Source: a virus
Length of the DNA: 64,000 bases
IMG/VR virus record: IMGVR_UViG_2711768806_000001
Reading direction: 5' to 3' (one strand)
A program made the translations under genes and the position numbers. Below the pieces are notes generated by a model. That model saw only the letters and a list, made by a program, of their open reading frames with translations. It had not been told where the DNA came from and did no database searches. This document shows, in pieces, positions 61,177 to 64,000 of this stretch. Each line of letters opens with the position of its first letter. Position 1 is the first letter of the stretch.

Positions 61177-61526
61177 CCCACCGGGGTCTTGAGCGGGCCG
61201 AGGAGCGCCGCGTCCAGATCGCCAAGCTTATCCGACAGGGCCTGACCAACAAAGAGGTTGCTCAGATTGTCGGCGTCACCGACCGCACAGTCAACCGCGC
61301 CAGGGAGCGGAAAGGCCTGAAGAAACCCCAGCCTCCGCGGATCAGCGAGGAGACACTGTCGGCCGGCTATCAGATGCTCCTGGATGGGTGCTCGTACGCG
61401 GAGGTTGCCCGGACCTTGGGGCACTCGCGGGATGCCTGGCGGAGAAAGCTGCCGGGCTTTGCCTGGTCGCATGTCGAGTGCGGTCGCTTTCGCAAGCTGC
61501 AGGAAAGATACGAGGGACTGCTATGA
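61173..61526 (+). CDS. Tandem HTH DNA-binding protein
   Basis: GLTNKEVAQIVGVTDRTVNR; GCSYAEVARTLG. Confidence 0.85.
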   Translation: MTHRGLERAEERRVQIAKLIRQGLTNKEVAQIVGVTDRTVNRARERKGLKKPQPPRISEETLSAGYQMLLDGCSYAEVARTLGHSRDAWRRKLPGFAWSHVECGRFRKLQERYEGLL

Positions 61527-61801
61527 GCGATCCAGTTGTTGAGGCAGTCCTCCGGGCCATTCCCCCGCTATGCGATGGGCATCAGCCGACGGCATTGATG
61601 GCGGCGGCGGCCCGGGAGGTCCTGAAGCCCATTCGGGAGTTGGTCGAGAAGCTGCGGCTGGCCACCGAGGGTCGCCAGCCCTTTACCGACCCTTCTCCGA
61701 TCGATTCGGACTACGACGTGGGGCACGCTTTTGATGACGGAGCGCTGTGCCTACTGGCTCTGCTAGACCCGCTTATCTACTCATCCGAGGAGCTGCAATG
61801 A
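61523..61801 (+). CDS. Hypothetical protein, paralog of 41251-41529
   Basis: AAAREVLKPIREL...LIYSSEEL. Confidence 0.7.
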   Translation: MSDPVVEAVLRAIPPLCDGHQPTALMAAAAREVLKPIRELVEKLRLATEGRQPFTDPSPIDSDYDVGHAFDDGALCLLALLDPLIYSSEELQ

Positions 61802-62073
61802 CATTCGGCTGCGCTCGTTGCGACGCTCGATGGGGCGGGGTCCGCACCGCCCATTGCGGCAGCTGCCATGAGACCTTCTCGGGACTGTCCGCCTTCGAAA
61901 TCCATCGCGCAGGCTCCCACTCCAAGGGGCGCTACTGCCTAGACCCCTCTACGGTAACCAACGAGAATTCCGATTCCGCTGATTACGGCGAGAAGTTGTT
62001 TAAGAGGTCGGCGCGCGACTACCCCTGCTGGTCTTTGGCGGGGGATATGCCCGAATTCTGGAAAGAATCTTAA
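61798..62073 (+). CDS. Zinc-binding protein (F.xHR motif)
   Basis: CARC..W.G..AHCGSCHETF...FEIHR. Confidence 0.75.
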   Translation: MTFGCARCDARWGGVRTAHCGSCHETFSGLSAFEIHRAGSHSKGRYCLDPSTVTNENSDSADYGEKLFKRSARDYPCWSLAGDMPEFWKES

Positions 62074-62100
62074 CCGCCGCTCGACTAGGAGGGTTTCAAA

Positions 62101-63504
62101 ATCGACGGATTCCTTTCCCGGATCGAGCCAAAGAAGGAAGCTCCTCCACGCCCGACCGGGCCGCTAGTCCCACCCAGTGATGCCTATACTGCCGCGGCCT
62201 TCAAAGGGGAGATCAACAACCTCCTCAATGCGGTGGAGGGCACAAGAAACTCCACCCTATTCCAGGCCTCCGCAAACTTGTCTGAGTTTGTCAATGCGGG
62301 AACCTTGAATGAAAATGTTGCCCGGGATGCACTGATGGATGCGGCCCGCCAGATCGGGCTCATGGATCACGAAATAGAGGCCACCATCGACTCCGGCTTC
62401 AATAAAACGGTGGGCAAGGCGCGGGCCGTGCCGGAGCGGAAGCTCTCGCTGGTGCGGGAGGGGGGCGAGCCCCCGCCACTGGTCCAGCCGGTGGTAATCG
62501 CGCCGGACCCCGAGGCGCAGCGCGGCGTCGACTCCCAATTCCGGAGCCGGTTCCTCAGCGTCAACGATATCCAGAACATGCCGAAGCCGGACCCCCTCAT
62601 CGAAGGGGTATTCAACCGTGGCACCACGGCACTGCTGTACGGCCGGTGGGGAACCTCGAAGTCCTTCATCGCCCTGGACTGGGCTTGCTCCCTGGCCACG
62701 GGGCGCAACTGGCAGGGCCGCGAAACCGAGAAGGTCAAGGTTCTGTATGTGGTGGCAGAGGGCGTGGCCGGCTTCTCCAGCCGCATCAAAGCGTGGGAGA
62801 CCGCGTGGCAGAGGACCCTGGAAGAGGGTTCGATCACCTTTCTCCCGGTCCCGGTAAACCTGATGACCCAAGACGTCGGGGCATTGGTGGAGGACATCAG
62901 GGATTATGGTTTCGAGTTCATCGTTTTGGACACGATCGCTCGATGCACGGTGGGCGCAGAGGAAAACTCGGCCCGGGACATCGGCATTGTCATCGACTCG
63001 ATGGCCCGCCTGATGGACGCCACCCCCGATCACGCCGGATGCGTGCTGGGAATCCACCACACGGGGAAGGATCAGAAGACCCTGCGAGGCTCGTCTGCTT
63101 ATGAGGGTGGTGTCGACACCGTGTACTTCGTTGAGCGCGGCAATGGCGTCACCCTTACGTGCACTAAGCAGAAGGACGCCCCCGAGGGGGATAGGCACAC
63201 GCTGAAACTGCAGCCGATCGACGGCACCGACTCGTGCGTTATGCAGTCGTTTACCGGTCCCAGCGCCGAAGAGGATGCCGAGGCGCTGGAGAAGTTGCGG
63301 CGGATCATGACCACCATGTTCCCCAATGGCGTGAGCAATTCAGAACTGCGCACCATCGCCCTGGAGCAGGGAATGACTCAAACCGGCCTTGCCAAGGCCC
63401 GCGCCGAGCTGATGCGCCAAGGCTGGCTGGTAAACACCGGTAGCGGAGCGCGGCAATTCTGGGAAATCGCCGTTGAACAGGGCGGGGCGGGCGGCGTCTT
63501 TTAG
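62101..63504 (+). CDS. PriCT domain plus RecA-like AAA helicase; apparent ATC start (first canonical start GTG 62233)
   Basis: EGTRNSTLF PriCT-like; GRWGTSKSF Walker A; IVLDT Walker B; IHHTGK; LRGSSA; AGGAGG SD 8 nt before ATC. Confidence 0.85.
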   Translation: MDGFLSRIEPKKEAPPRPTGPLVPPSDAYTAAAFKGEINNLLNAVEGTRNSTLFQASANLSEFVNAGTLNENVARDALMDAARQIGLMDHEIEATIDSGFNKTVGKARAVPERKLSLVREGGEPPPLVQPVVIAPDPEAQRGVDSQFRSRFLSVNDIQNMPKPDPLIEGVFNRGTTALLYGRWGTSKSFIALDWACSLATGRNWQGRETEKVKVLYVVAEGVAGFSSRIKAWETAWQRTLEEGSITFLPVPVNLMTQDVGALVEDIRDYGFEFIVLDTIARCTVGAEENSARDIGIVIDSMARLMDATPDHAGCVLGIHHTGKDQKTLRGSSAYEGGVDTVYFVERGNGVTLTCTKQKDAPEGDRHTLKLQPIDGTDSCVMQSFTGPSAEEDAEALEKLRRIMTTMFPNGVSNSELRTIALEQGMTQTGLAKARAELMRQGWLVNTGSGARQFWEIAVEQGGAGGVF

Positions 63505-63533
63505 AAGATTTTTCACCAAGGAGTTCTTAAACC

Positions 63534-64000
63534 TTGTCCAACACTGAAGAATGGCGCGACATCCCGGGGTATGAGGGCTATTATCAGGCGTCGAGCCACG
63601 GTCGCATCCGATCGCTGGATCGAGAAGTTACCCAAATGCACCCTAGCGGTAAGGGTATGATGACCCGCCTTTGGCGTGGCCGAGTCTTAACATTCGGGCC
63701 GTATAGCGGCGAGCGCTACCGGGTGGGGCTTTCTCGCGATGGCGTTTTAGAAATGAAAGGCGTGGCCGTCCTGGTCGCTCTTGCATTTCACGGGTTGCCG
63801 CCCGAGGGGAAGGGGCACGCCCTGCATCGCGATGGGGATATGTATAACAACGTCCCCGAAAACCTCTACTGGGGTGACGCCCGCGACAATGTTCAGGACA
63901 CGATCCGCCATGGCCGACATCGGGGCGTGACCAAGACCCACTGCCCACATGGGCATGCGCTTGACGGCAAGAATCTGTACATCAATGTGACTCTCCAGTC
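63534..64000 (+). CDS. NUMOD4-HNH endonuclease, 3' truncated by window edge (absent from ORF track)
   Basis: TTG start after AAGGAG; EEWRDIPGYEGYYQASSHGRIRS NUMOD4; LHRDGD..NNVPENLYWG..DN; THCPHGH. Confidence 0.9.
   Translation, partial: MSNTEEWRDIPGYEGYYQASSHGRIRSLDREVTQMHPSGKGMMTRLWRGRVLTFGPYSGERYRVGLSRDGVLEMKGVAVLVALAFHGLPPEGKGHALHRDGDMYNNVPENLYWGDARDNVQDTIRHGRHRGVTKTHCPHGHALDGKNLYINVTLQ

Noticed and set aside
1-64000. CRISPR array, rRNA, tmRNA, IS transposase, reverse transcriptase
   Set aside because: No repeat-spacer arrays, rRNA-like tracts or transposase/RT motifs seen; the PD-(D/E)xK nuclease is not in a cas context

Overview
This is a 64-kb internal segment of a temperate siphovirus infecting mycobacteria. 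Gene order and content best fit cluster J-type mycobacteriophages (recognised from memory, no search run). From left to right: the end of a glycosyltransferase; head-tail connector genes; major tail; tail chaperones needing a +1 frameshift; tape measure; minor tail genes; lysis cassette (lysA, lysB, holin) and nrdH; a leftward run of small genes including lsr2; xis/int/attP (tRNA-Leu CAA core); repressor/cro switch; and a rightward early region (lipase, exonuclease, C5 methylase, PNK, EndoVII, WhiB, SSB-like, primase, helicase). Eight HNH/EndoVII-type nuclease genes are scattered through it. Highlights read directly from the sequence: (1) a 265-nt ORF-less group I intron (14200-14464) splits a minor tail gene, with P1-P4, P7-P10 pairings identifiable, about 3.3 kb from a free-standing EndoVII-type endonuclease; (2) a ~330-nt hairpin-dense non-coding island (46845-47174) ends in a shortened tRNA-like cloverleaf and a terminator; (3) the helicase and exonuclease genes appear to start at ATC/ATT; (4) the exonuclease and primase genes each carry a single-base frameshift; (5) a shared operator-like motif occurs at three promoter regions. 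Functional calls rest on motif recognition and synteny only; start codons were adjusted by eye.
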